Shown here: positions 12,210 through 24,012 of the stretch, one piece after another
Numbering within the stretch: position 1 is the first letter of the stretch
How the letters are laid out: each line of letters begins with the position of its first letter
Assembly (NCBI RefSeq): GCF_018977255.1
Contig: NW_024705146.1
Location: 1-64,000, forward strand
DNA length: 64,000 bases
DNA from: Callorhinchus milii
Lineage: Eukaryota
Direction: 5' to 3'
The notes under the pieces: model-generated
The model's database searches: none
What the model saw: only the letters and a program-made list of their open reading frames with translations
Told to the model about the DNA's origin: nothing
Translations under genes and position numbers: made by a program

Positions 12210-15200
12210 ACTGTCATTAGGGCAATGTTTATATATTTTGGCAACATTCCACATTCCCTGAACAGTGGCCAGTCTATCCAAAGGACAACCACTGTGGACT
12301 TCCCGCAATGTGTTATTAATTTCAGAAACTAGTGAGGGATTATAGGTTGAATCGACCTCCAGCCAATTATTTTAACTGGTGACCTTTGAATTAAGAGTCA
12401 AGAACTTTAACTCCAGTGAAACCCAGCTTGACGCTGCAATGCATTGCCTTCTTATAAAGGTCTTGAGACTCAATGAGATCTGCCTAAGCAAGAGACAACA
12501 CTGTATTATTCATATTTTACTCTTTTTAAAATGGGGTTATAGAGTAATGTTCTTAGCGGGTGAAACATAAAATACAGTATTATCACTATTATATGTACAG
12601 ACTTTCATCAGTCCACTACGTGATGAAGGCCTGCCCCACGGGGTTAATTGACCATACTTCACTGTGATGGTCATTGTGTTGACGAAGGAGGATGGGGCCC
12701 AGGACAGGTTCAGATATCACTCGCCACTGTGTTAGCCATGGGCGGAAATCAAACTTAGGTCATCGTTCTAATAGAGCACTGTGCGAACCTCTCCAATCAT
12801 TTTTTTTAATAAATTAGGGACATTATGAAGATGGAACGTTTCGCCATTTTTCTGCAAGCGATAAACTTGTTTGACCATTTGTTTTTATTTTATTTTAAAG
12901 AGGAAGAAAGCACAGCTGCAGAGGGATGAGTGCACACAAACGGATACAAAGTTATCGAGCGAAACCACAAAGTCAGCCGCATTTCGAGACACGTTGGCGA
13001 AAGCCTCGTACAACGCCAGTGGAACCTTGCGCTAATGCGGGCATTGAACCAGCACCCACTTGTCTTGGTCACCCTGAGCCAATGGTGGAAAGAGTGCGGC
13101 CGTATGGTGGGAACTAGTCTGTGACAGGAGCAACCATCGGGAAATTCTCACTACTGAGTGGTACCTGTTTTATTAAACCTGGAGGGATGATGGGGCGATG
13201 TGGCTAACTATACATTCTCAACACAAAAGGAATTTTCTAAAAATCCCAATTCAAATCAAATCAGGTGTCAAAGTGTCTCCCTTGCTCAAGTGAGGAATAT
13301 TTTAGCAAAGACATCCTGACACAGTGGTGGGAATTTGTCATCCCTATGGTGAGGGTCAGTTCTCTATAGGACAACCGCTGCTTATGCTTTTCAAAGTGAT
13401 ACTCATTTTACTGACTTCAGAGGGATGGTGATGATGACGACGATGATAGGCTGCTTTGACCCCTAACTGGAAACTGAATTCACAGCATTCTGATTGCGTT
13501 AAGCATTCTAACCACATCGTCATCCTTCTCAGTTCCTAACAAGACGATTTGAGTTATGAAGCTGAATGCTCTCACAGCTCAAAATGCTAATTCAACATTA
13601 TTAATGATACGCTATTAACATTAAAACGAGTGGGGTTACAGTTCGTCAATCCACCGCCAAATAAAGGTATCCCCGTGCTCTATTAGTCATGGGTGTTATT
13701 TGAGCATACTTCAATATGTCAATGTGGGTTGGTGAAGGAGGTGCCCATGACTGTTTTGATATCACTTGCAAACTAATGTTAGCCATGGCCTGGTGTGCCA
13801 CCACGACTTGACTCTTAACATTATTGATATTGACGAAAAACAACAATATTGAGTGTATTCAGCTGAATGCTCTAAATATGTACGAACCTTGTCATCTTGA
13901 CATTTAGCCCGTTTATTGTTATTTTAATCTTTAAAGCAATCAAAGTCCAAGCATTTTTTTCACATGTTAAATTTTTTTTTACAAATACTAAGTTTATGGG
14001 TACAAATAACATCTGTGGAAATGAATAACCTCGGCGTGTGCCAACACAACCACTGCTTGCACCACTGATAAAAATAAATAAACTGAAACCGCAAAATAAA
14101 AACTGTCAGCCGACTTCCGCTTGGTGTAAAATGGCTCTGAAACTACAAAATTATAAAATAATTGGAGAATAATATTTGACAAGACTTTGATCGAAGCCTC
14201 TCCGTAGCCTGACATAACAAGCACTGAAGCTGTTATTTTGTATACAGTATGTGGTTCCCAAGAAGTGTGATGTAATTCCAGTAGCCCATGATGACTGTTG
14301 CAAGACTTTAATCTCCACCTCAAAGGAGTATTTGTCTTTTTCCTGACACTAGGCAGGCAGTTTATTGGCAATCGAGGATTCCTAGCGGGGCTCTTCAGAG
14401 CTCTTCAGAGCCCCTTCTAGTGGAGACCCTCTCTGCTAACAGTGGTGTGAGCAGGTAATTGCAGGGCTTCACCTTTACCTATTAGAACTGACAAACAATG
14501 CTTCAAGCACAGGTGCTGGGAGTCACACTTACGGCTGGCAATTCACGGGGAACTTGTGCAGGTCCATGTGGCTGAGAGCCTGAAACAGAGATGTTTGTGT
14601 TAAATTTAGTGCATTACTGCTCCATTCCAGCTTCATCACATTCCGCAGTTGAGAAAATCTAACCTTATGCAATAACAATAGCGAAGGTTTGTTAAGTGTA
14701 AAGTCGCAATATGCATTTCCACGTATGCATATATATGACACATCAAGGCTATAGCTCATAACATTCTGGTCGTTGTGCTAACAGTTGTTCGTTCGTTCGT
14801 TTCTCAGTCCGATTGTTCTGGTGAGAGTCACAACAGCAGCATGTTGAGTAGGACAGTCCAGACCTCCTTTTCCCTGGGGACAGACTCTAGCTCTTTCTGG
14901 GGAATTCCTAGGTGTTCCCAGGTCAGTTGACGGCATAGTCAGCGTGTCCGGGCCAGCCCCGGGGTCTTCGCTCAGTGGGATGTGTCAGATAGAGCTCCAG
15001 GGGGAGTCAATCGGGGGGCATCCTTACTAGGTGCCTGAACCACCTCAACTGGCTCTTCTCGATCCGGAGGAGCAACGACTCTACTCGGAGGCTCTCCTGG
15101 ATTACCGAGCTCCTCACCCGATCACAGAGAGTAAGCCCAGCAACCCTGCGGAGAAACCTCATTTCGGGCCCCTTGTACCCATGATCTCATTCTTTCGGTC

Positions 15201-15840
15201 ATTACCCAAATCTAATGACCATAGGGGAGGGTGGGAATGTAGATCGACCTGTAAACCGAGAACTTTGTTCGAGAACAGTACAGTGCCCTCAACACTGTGG
15301 ATGCCGCACCGATCCGCCGGCCGATATCCGGCTATCACTTACCATCACTTACGAAAGAGACCCCCAGGTATTTAAACTCCTCCACTAGGGGCAGCTATTT
15401 CCCCCTCACTTGGAGAGAACAATTTGCCGTCTTCCGGAGTGAACCATGACCTCAGATGTGGAGGTGCTGATCCTCATCCCAGCTGCTTCACACTCGGCAT
15501 AAAACCGTTCAAATGCATTCTGCAAATCACAGAGCGAGGACAACATAATCTGCAAAAAGCAGCGACGCCACCTCCATGCCCCGATACTAGATACTCTCCA
15601 TACCTTGGCTGTGCTTTGATATCCTGTCCATGAAGATCACGAACAGGAGACAAGACGCACCCTTGGCGGAGTCCAACAACCACAGTGAACGACTTTGTTT
15701 TAACACCAAGAATATGGACACAGCTCTCACTCCGGGAATATAGGGACCGGATAGTGCACAAAAGCGGCACTGGTACATGATACTCCCACAGCACCTCCCA
15801 CAAGACATTGTGGGGAACATGATCATATGCTTTCTCCAAG

Positions 15841-16084
15841 CCGAGCTTGGCCCTCGCCGAGCTTACATTTACAAGCAAATTTATCTCTCCTACTCGCTCT
15901 CTCCTACTCGCTCCTACATTAACATTAATTGCCCCGCTCATCTCTAAACCTTTATAAACAGCCTGTCTCAGCCGATTTCCCTCTTTTTCACCTGAAGACG
16001 ATTGCTTGTCTTGCGATCGAAAGGTCATGATTTTGATTTTTGTATTTTTTTCTATCTACGTGGCTTTACCGAAAGACCCAAAGA
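15841..16084 (+). mobile_element. Penelope pLTR fragment inserted in the LINE with a 16-bp duplication
   Basis: ATATGCTTTCTCCAAG at 15825-15840 and 16085-16100; HHR-like TCACCTGAAGACG...GAAAGGTCATGA and the CTACGTGGCTTTACCGAAAG motif. Confidence 0.75.
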
Positions 16085-17800
16085 ATATGCTTTCTCCAAG
16101 TTACAAAGCAGAGGTAGACTGGAGAAGCATACTCCCATGACCCCTCAAATATCTGTGAGAGGGAAAAGAGCTGGTTCGTTGTTCCACGACCATGATGGAA
16201 TCCACATTATTCCTCCTGAATCTGAGGTTTCACCACCGGGCGGAGCCTCCTCTCCAGCACTCTGGCATAAGCTTTACCTCGGACGCTGAGGAGTGTGATT
16301 CCTGTGTAGTTGGAGCACACCCTCTGGTCCCCTTTTTTAAATGGGAACCATGACCCCAGTTTGCCAATCCAGAGGTACTGTACCCGCATTTCCATGCAAC
16401 ATTGAAGAGGCGTGTTAACCAAGACACTCCTACACTCTCCAGCACTTTCAACAACTCTGGGTGAATCTCGTCCACCCCAGCAACTTTGCCGCTATGAAGG
16501 CCCTCAACCACCGCAGCGACTTCAGCAGCCTTGATGGATCCGAACCCTCCAGCTGTTTCCAGGGCTGTCTCCTGAGAGGAGGGCATGTTCCCCGAATTGA
16601 GGAGCTCACAGTGTTCCTTCCACCTCTTGACTATCTCCTTAGTCGAGGTTAATGTTCCACCACTCTTACTGAAAACGGCCGGGGGCACGTCCCACCTCTC
16701 CTAAGGTGTCAGATGGTTTGCCAGAACATCTTTGAGGCTGCCCGGTAGTCGCTCTCCATGGCCTCTTCAAACTCCTCCCATGCCAGGGCTTTTGCTTCAG
16801 TGACTGCTGCAGCTGTCACCCTCTTGGCAAGCCAGTACCTCTCAATCGAGTCGGGAGACATTTTTCAAGCATAGCTCAGAAAGCCTCCTTCTTCAACTTG
16901 ATAAGTTCCCTCAGCGGACACTAGGGTTGTCGCCATAACAGGCACCAACTGCCTTCAGGCCACGGATTTTGCAGTTGCATCCACAATCGAGGTCCTGAAC
17001 ATCACCCACTCGGACTCAATGCCCACGATCTCTCCTGGAGTGCAGGAGAAGTTTTCCCGGAGGTGGAAGTTGAAATCTTTCTGCATTGGGTCTTCTGCCA
17101 GATGTTCCCAGAAAACCCGCACTATTCATTTGGGCCTACAAAGTCTATCTGGTCGGTGCCCTAAATGTCGGATCCAACTTATTACCAGGTGGTGATAAGT
17201 TGACAGCTCTGCCCCTCTCTTCACCTGAGTGTCCAGAACATATGGCCTTGGGTCCGATGATGCAAAAAGTCAATCACTGACCTAGAAAGTCAATCATTGA
17301 CCTATACATTCTCAACACAAAAGGAATTTGCAAAAATCCCAATTCAAATCAAGTCAGGCGTCAAAGTATCTCCCTTGCTCAAGTGAGCAATCTATTAGCA
17401 CTGACATCCTGACACAGTGGTGGAAATTTGTCATCCCTATGGTGAGGGTCAGTTCTCTATAAGACAACCGCTACTTATGTTTTCAAAGTGATACTCATTT
17501 TACTGACTTCAGAGGGATGGTGATGATGACGACGATGATAGGCTGCTTGACCCCTCACTGGAAACTGAATTCACAGCATTCTGATTGCGTTAAGCATTCT
17601 AACCACATCGTCATCCTTCTCAGTTCCTAACTAGACGATTTTGAGTTATGAAGCTGAATGCTATCACAGCTCAAAATGCTAATTCAACATGATTAATGAT
17701 ACGCTATTAACATTAAAACGAGTGGGGTTACAGTCCGTCAATCCACCGCCGAATAAAGGTCTCCCCGTGCTATATCAGTCATGGGTGTTATTTGAGCATA

Positions 17801-18410
17801 CAGTGATCCCTCGTTATCGCGGTTAATGGGGACCGGAACCCCTCGCGATAGGTGAAAATCCCGAAGTAGGATTGGCCCCCTAGGAATTTCCGTATATGTG
17901 TGTGTGGGTACCAGAATGTTTAAAATATGTATATTTATACTTTATATATATATTTTTACTTAAATCTATTTAATTATAAAACCTTAATATTATACATTCA
18001 CTCACTCACATATATTTACTTAAATCTTTTTAATTATAAAACCTTAATATTATACATTCACTCTCTCTCTCATACGATACGTATTATGATGCGCAGCCAA
18101 TCAGCTCACGGGATACTGTACATCCACTCGTGCTCACATTCGTCGATCTCGCGCCGGGAACCAATCACGTGCCTTGTCTGAGTGCCCGTGGGTACAGTAT
18201 GTACAAAGCCTCTAAGAGAGTTTCTCTCTTTGTCTGACATCCTGGGAAACCGTTTCTCTCGCGCATCACGATGAAACAATGCTGCTTTCCGCAATACGGC
18301 TGCCGATATGGCGGTATTTTAGAATTTTTATTTTTCGATGAATATTTTTGAAAAATCCGCAATGCACTGAGGCCGCGAAACTTGAACCGCGAAGTGGCGA
18401 GGGATTACTG
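17801..18410. mobile_element. pogo/Tigger-like (Tc1/mariner) MITE
   Basis: TIRs CAGTGATCCCTCG / CGAGGGATTACTG, TA TSD; empty site TGAGCATACTTCAAT is present in the paralogous segment at ~13701. Confidence 0.85.
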
Positions 18411-19545
18411 TACTTCAATATGAGCATCTTTCTGCATTGGGTCTTCTGCCAGATGTTCCCAGAAAACCCACACTATTAATTAGGCCTACAAAGTCTATCT
18501 GGTAGATGCCCCAAATGTCGGATCCAACTTACTACCAGGTGGTGATCAGTTGACAGCTCTGCCCCTCTCTTCACCTGAGTATCCAGAACATATGGCCTTG
18601 GTCCGATGATGCAAAAAGTCAATCACTGACTAGAAAGTCAATCATTGACCTTCGGCCCAAGGTGCTCTGGTACCAAGTACACTTATGAGCATCCTTGAGT
18701 TCGAACATGGTGTTATCAACATTCTGTGACGAGTGCAGAATTCCAATAACATCTCACTGTTCAGGTTCAGATCAAGGGTGGGCATTCCTCCCAATCACGC
18801 CTCTCCACGTATCCCATAATTTCCCACTTGAGCATTGAGTCGCCCAGTAAGACTATGGAGTCGGTAGGCAGCACTTTGTCGAACACTGCACCTACCATCC
18901 TCAAGAAGGCCAAATACTCTGAACTGCTGTTTGGTGCATAACGACAGACGCCAGTGAGAGTTTTCCTTTCTGAACCCGAAGTCTCATTGAGATGACCTCT
19001 CATCCAATGGGACAAACTCCAACTGAACCGCACCCAGCTGAGGGCAGGTGAGTATCCTCACACCCGCCCGGGGCCTCTCACCAGGGGTTATTCCAGAATA
19101 GGAGCGAGACCACCCCGATCAAGAAGTTTGGTTCCAGTGCCAATGCTGTGTGTGGAGGTGAGACCAACTATATCTAGTCGATACCTTTCCACCTCCTCCA
19201 CAAGCTCTGGCTTCTTCCCCCCCAGTGCTGTGACATTCCACGTCCCAATAGCTAGTGTCCATCGCCAAGATCGAGTCTGTCTGAAACCACCCCTCTCCCT
19301 GCCATACTGCCATTGCACCCGCCACTCACCATTTGACCTGCGGATCGTGGGCCCACGGGATGGTGCCACGTAGCCATTTAGGGCTGTGCCCGACCAGGTT
19401 ACGTGGGTCACCTGGCGCTTTCCTGCGAACACCACCCCCAGGCCTGGCTCCAGGTGTGTGTCCCGGTATCCCTTGCCTGGGGGAGGTTCTGATCTTTGTA
19501 TTTTTTGTCATTCATGAAGTGATTTTTTGTGGAGCATTATTTGAA

Positions 19546-19868
19546 CCTTATGGCGGGACCCCGGCGTCCCATAAGCCCCCGGCTCTCACACAAACTGCGT
19601 TGCGACGTCATTCTATGTCTGTTGAAGGCAGACGATACATCATATATTCCTCTCGACGAGCTCTACACGATGTGCTAATCAAAGTTTCAAAGTTTTGTTT
19701 CTTCTGCGCATTCGTCCTCGCTGCACTTGGATGACATGACAACAGAATGATCCGCGCCAGGTGGGTCGCGGCATTTATGTGTGCGGTGGGACGGAGTCGC
19801 CAAAAATAAATTAATTATTTACGATTTTGACTTCCGTTTATTTGGGAACCCAGGGTCCCGCCATAAGG
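19546..19868. mobile_element. piggyBac-like MITE
   Basis: TIRs CCTTATGGCGGGACCC / GGGTCCCGCCATAAGG; TTAA on the right and TGAA on the left. Confidence 0.7.
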
Positions 19869-19980
19869 TTAATTTGTCTGGACCTCCCTCAAGACCTGTT
19901 CGCCAAGGAAGACCCTACCAGGAGAACAAGACTCCAGGCGACATAGCTGGAGGACGATACACAACTCAAATGCTTCAGTT

Positions 19981-20183
19981 CCATGGTTCCCAACCTTTTC
20001 AAGTGTGCGGACCCCTTTTCAACCTATAAACATTTCAAGGGACCACCACATGGTAGTAGTTATTTGAAATTGGACATTTCCTTGGCGTTGATGTGATTCT
20101 ATTTCTTTCTGTGCCCCCCCCCCTCCCCTGTCATAGCCTTACGAACCACCAGGGGTTCACGGACCACAGGTTGGGAACCACTG
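19981..20183. mobile_element. hAT-like MITE
   Basis: TIRs (CCA)TGGTTCCCAACCT / AGGTTGGGAACCACTG; flanks CTTCAGTT and CTCTAGTT. Confidence 0.7.
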
Positions 20184-20191
20184 CTCTAGTT

Positions 20192-20522
20192 TAGGGGTTG
20201 GCAACCTGCGGTTCTGGAGCCGCATGCAGCTCTTTAACGATTTCAGTGAGGCTCTTGAAATTCGAAAAAAATGAGCCCTCTATGTTACTTTGGTTGCTGA
20301 CCCCCGACCACAGAAGTCCAGTTCACCATGAGAGTTCAGTTTATCATGGGCAGTGGTCAGCAACCTGCGGTTGAGGAGCATGCATGTGGTTCATTCATAC
20401 TGCTTCGTGACATTATTATTAAGGACCACCAACTCGTATTCAATTGCATCGCAGCTCTTGAAATATTGGGGGTTTTACTGAATTCCCCAAAAAATGGCTC
20501 TTGTTTTGATTGCCGACCCCTG
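20192..20522. mobile_element. hAT-like MITE with 8-bp TSD
   Basis: TIRs TAGGGGTTGGCAA / TTGCCGACCCCTG; CTCTAGTT at 20184-20191 and 20523-20530. Confidence 0.8.
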
Positions 20523-22797
20523 CTCTAGTTGATGTGTGAATCTGTAAGACGTGCCTGTATTTGTGACCTTTGTCGGCACGGTGGAACTAATGCAGAGCGT
20601 GTAATTGACAATCCAAAGGCACAGAGTGAAATCCTAGTTGGAATTCCACTAAATGTTATTATCTCTCAAAGGTGCAAAGAAGATTTGTTCCATTTTCATG
20701 GGAAGTCAATATCGATTATTCCATGGCTCTCGCCATGAGATTGTGCCATTTATACAACTGGCTCAGGGCCACGAACAGAGGTGAGTGTTGTCACATTGCT
20801 CGTGTGAGCAAAAAGACACTTTGATTTAGGGTAGGTAGCCTATTATCTCGTATCAAGGCTACATTGTCAGTGGAGGACTGCAAAAACATCCATTGTTGTA
20901 CTGTACTCTGCTTAAACCTATATGCTCTCCACCTTCACAAACCCACATTGAGCAGCGTGGTGAAGTAGGATCAAATTAACCCCATGACTCGCACGATGTG
21001 GGGAAGCCCTAATCCAGCAGTGGATTGACAAAAAGGCTTTACACATATACATGTACACATATACATAACCTAACTGGGTGTTGCTGTCATAATACGGTAT
21101 GACGCATGTCCAATGCTTTGTGTCACGAGACAAATAAGTGTAACAACTGATGTGGTTGGATGAGTCACTTCTCACTACGTCTGATGAAAGCACCCATGCA
21201 CTGCATTACGTGGAAATCAGGCCCACTTCGTGTGACAAGCAGAGGTTTAATGTGAATTCGTCAATTTAAAAAAACCTCACCACGTGCATGGTGAATGGTA
21301 CCATTAACCATATACAGCAATAGAATTTCACTTGCACTTGTAATACAATGTCAGAGTAAAGCGTGTGATGCACATAATCATTATAATTAATTTGAGTGGT
21401 GGTGCAGTGGTTCACACACTGTGTTGACATCAGTGGCGAGTTGATATCTGAACTAGTTCTGGGTCCCCCCCCCGACTTCACCAACCCACCAAGAACAACG
21501 TGGTGAAGTATGGCCAAACAACTCCCATGACTAACGTGGAAGAGCATATAAGCAGATAAGAAAAATGACCACCAAATCTATAAATTAATACCAAACAATA
21601 TTCTACAGCCAACACTACAAACATGAACAGGGAGCAAACATCTACAGTGTAGTCCACATAGGAAAGTTAACACACACAAAATATGCTATTCAACAGTATC
21701 AGTGTGTGCAAATCACCATAAAGATATTTGATATTTATTCAAATGCACATGAATATTCATATCATCTGGAATAGTCTGCCAACTAAAGTCTGGTCGGCCT
21801 TGGCAATCGACTAAAAACATTTATATTCTCTTCTGCTCTCCACGTTTAATTCACATTTTCTCATTGACATCTATGCTTCCGTCTCAGATTTTTGCTGAAC
21901 TTGGCGCGTTTGCTTTTCCTGCTAGGTGGCACTGCTCACAATCAGGTACACATTCCCATCTTGATCAGGTGTAAACTCAGCCAAAAATTCCTCCATGGCT
22001 GATAAAAAGAAGTACTACTTGTGGGAAGTCAAGAATAGTCCTTTTATGCAAACTGGCCCCTATAATCGGAATGTAAAATTTCAACCACAGGTTCTGGGTT
22101 ACCAAATATAGATGAGGTCTGCCTCATTGATTGTTTGAAAAGGAAACACTATTACGCTTGACCAACAGAAAGCGTGTTAGTTTGTACCTGCATAACAAAT
22201 GCAGAGTGCTGTGCCAACAGTATAAAGTACTCAAATAATCAGCAAAATAAATCGTTCACTTGCAGGCCTGACTCCAGTTCCTCTGGGATTTTGGGGACTA
22301 CCGAGCGGTTGTGTGCGCCACTATGCCACAAATATAGTAAACCTGGATGAGCCAAAAATGCCATTTGGTGGTGCAGGGCAAAGCCCAGCACGCCCCTAGC
22401 GCCGGCCCTGATTCACCTGGTTCTGGGCCTGGGGCCAAGCATGGCTGGCATGGGCCCGTCCACCTCTTCGTACCCCGGGCCCCTTGATAGCCACTGCACA
22501 TGCACTCGCTGACGTTTTGGCCACGCAAAATGCAACCAATTTCTCACACAAGTTCTCTATTGGCGGCCATGTGCTCAAATAAGTGTGGAATTGTATCCGT
22601 GCCTTACCAGAAACCTGGCTCCATCGATGTTGAACCGCTGGGCAATGGCAGCACAATCCTGCAGTCCTTGCTACAACAACATTACACCAATCAACATGGT
22701 TAATTAAAACATGCAGCGTGGCTACACATACTATGGCCAGTGACGTTTCAATCATATGCGACTTTTACTGAATCGCTACTCACAGTGACTATAAGAT

Positions 22798-23219
22798 CAG
22801 GGCTGTATTATCCAATAAAAAAGTAGGCACTGTGCCTATGGTCTACGTAAACTCAAGGGCTTTCCAAAAAAAATGTGAGCATGTTTTTTTGTTTGTAGAA
22901 ACAACAAAATTTAACCAAAATATATTCATGAATAAATATATTTTATAGCAAGGATAGGCACAGTGTATATACAAAGAGGAAGTCATGTCAATCGGTTTTT
23001 GTTCATAAGGTGAGAGTAATTAACACCGGAGATGAACTTTTCTAGATTTTTCATTGCAAAATAAGCAAATAACATCTTAACATGGTGTGTTTCGCACAAT
23101 CAAGCAAGTGAAGCGGCGGAAGTAACATGAGGCAGCAGCAATACGAACTGTAGGAAGTTATCACTGAAGGTGTACGAAACAAAGTGCATAAAGCCTACAA
23201 GAACCTTAATCCGGCCCTG
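22798..23219. mobile_element. hAT-like MITE with 8-bp TSD
   Basis: TIRs CAGGGCTGTATTA / TAATCCGGCCCTG; TATAAGAT at 22790-22797 and 23220-23227. Confidence 0.8.
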
Positions 23220-23247
23220 TATAAGATTAATTAGCTGATAGTGCAAG

Positions 23248-23977
23248 TGTAGTGCCTGAAATACGCGCCACACGCGGGAGTGGGTGTACACGCGTGCAGA
23301 GTACAGTGGGAGCAAACGAGGTCGAGGTTGTTATTGTCGTTAGGCGTGAGGAGAAGGCCAGAGACGGGTAGGGGGCGATAAAGGACACAGGGCGCTGATT
23401 GGCCGGGAAGTTGTTGTTGTCGCTAAGTGGCGCCGTGTTGTCTGGAAACGTGGCAGGTGCCAGCGGGGGTGGGGGCGAGGGGCGTTGCGGGGGATGCCAC
23501 CGATTAATTGGAGATTAATTGGCTTGGGATAAAGAGAGGGGGTTTTGAAGGAGACGGGAGTTCCCGCCTGGGAGTAGAAGAAGGATGTTGGAGCTGAAGC
23601 AGCGGAGCCAGAAGCAGTGGAGAAGTATAGGGTAGCAGCGGAGAAGTATAAGTTAGCGACGGAGAAGCCAGCAGAAGCGGCTGGAGTGTGACGACGAAGC
23701 CAGCAGAAAGCGGTTGGAGTATGGCGGAGAAGCCGATGAGATACGGCTGAGTGTGATGGGGGAGCCAATAAAGAGTGGCTGAACTGTAACAGAGAGAATG
23801 GGGAGGAGAGTCGACGGAGAAGAGACGCGGAGCGAGCGAGGCCGGCGGAACGCGGTGAGTGAGCGGCGAGCGTGAGGGAGGAATGTTGATTGGTGTTAGC
23901 TAGAGGAATGTTGATCGGTTTTAGTGAAATAAAGAGAGAGAAAAGCAAGAAGCTGTCGTGTCAGGTCGAGCACTACA
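23248..23977 (+). repeat. 5' LTR of the second Gypsy element
   Basis: TG...CA termini, AATAAA at ~23928, homologous to 29238-30679. Confidence 0.92.
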
Positions 23978-24012
23978 ACTGACGTCAGAAGTAATTAAAG
24001 AACCGCGCCGAC

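Larger units (their letters stand above)
14786..19970 (-). mobile_element. RTE-clade LINE (Rex3/Expander-like), degenerate, with nested insertions
   Basis: APE endonuclease LAIGTWNVTAL...LDIVGLTSTH (19088-19435), IVLLGD; RT KVAGVDEIHPE, NYTGITLLS, LEKAYDHVP, GLRQGCVLSP; short tandem tail (GTTC)n on the plus strand at ~14788-14800. Confidence 0.9.

Noticed and set aside
23340-23948. 202-aa and 218-aa (29994-30650) minus-strand ORFs
   Set aside because: Antisense readings of purine-rich LTR sequence with low complexity
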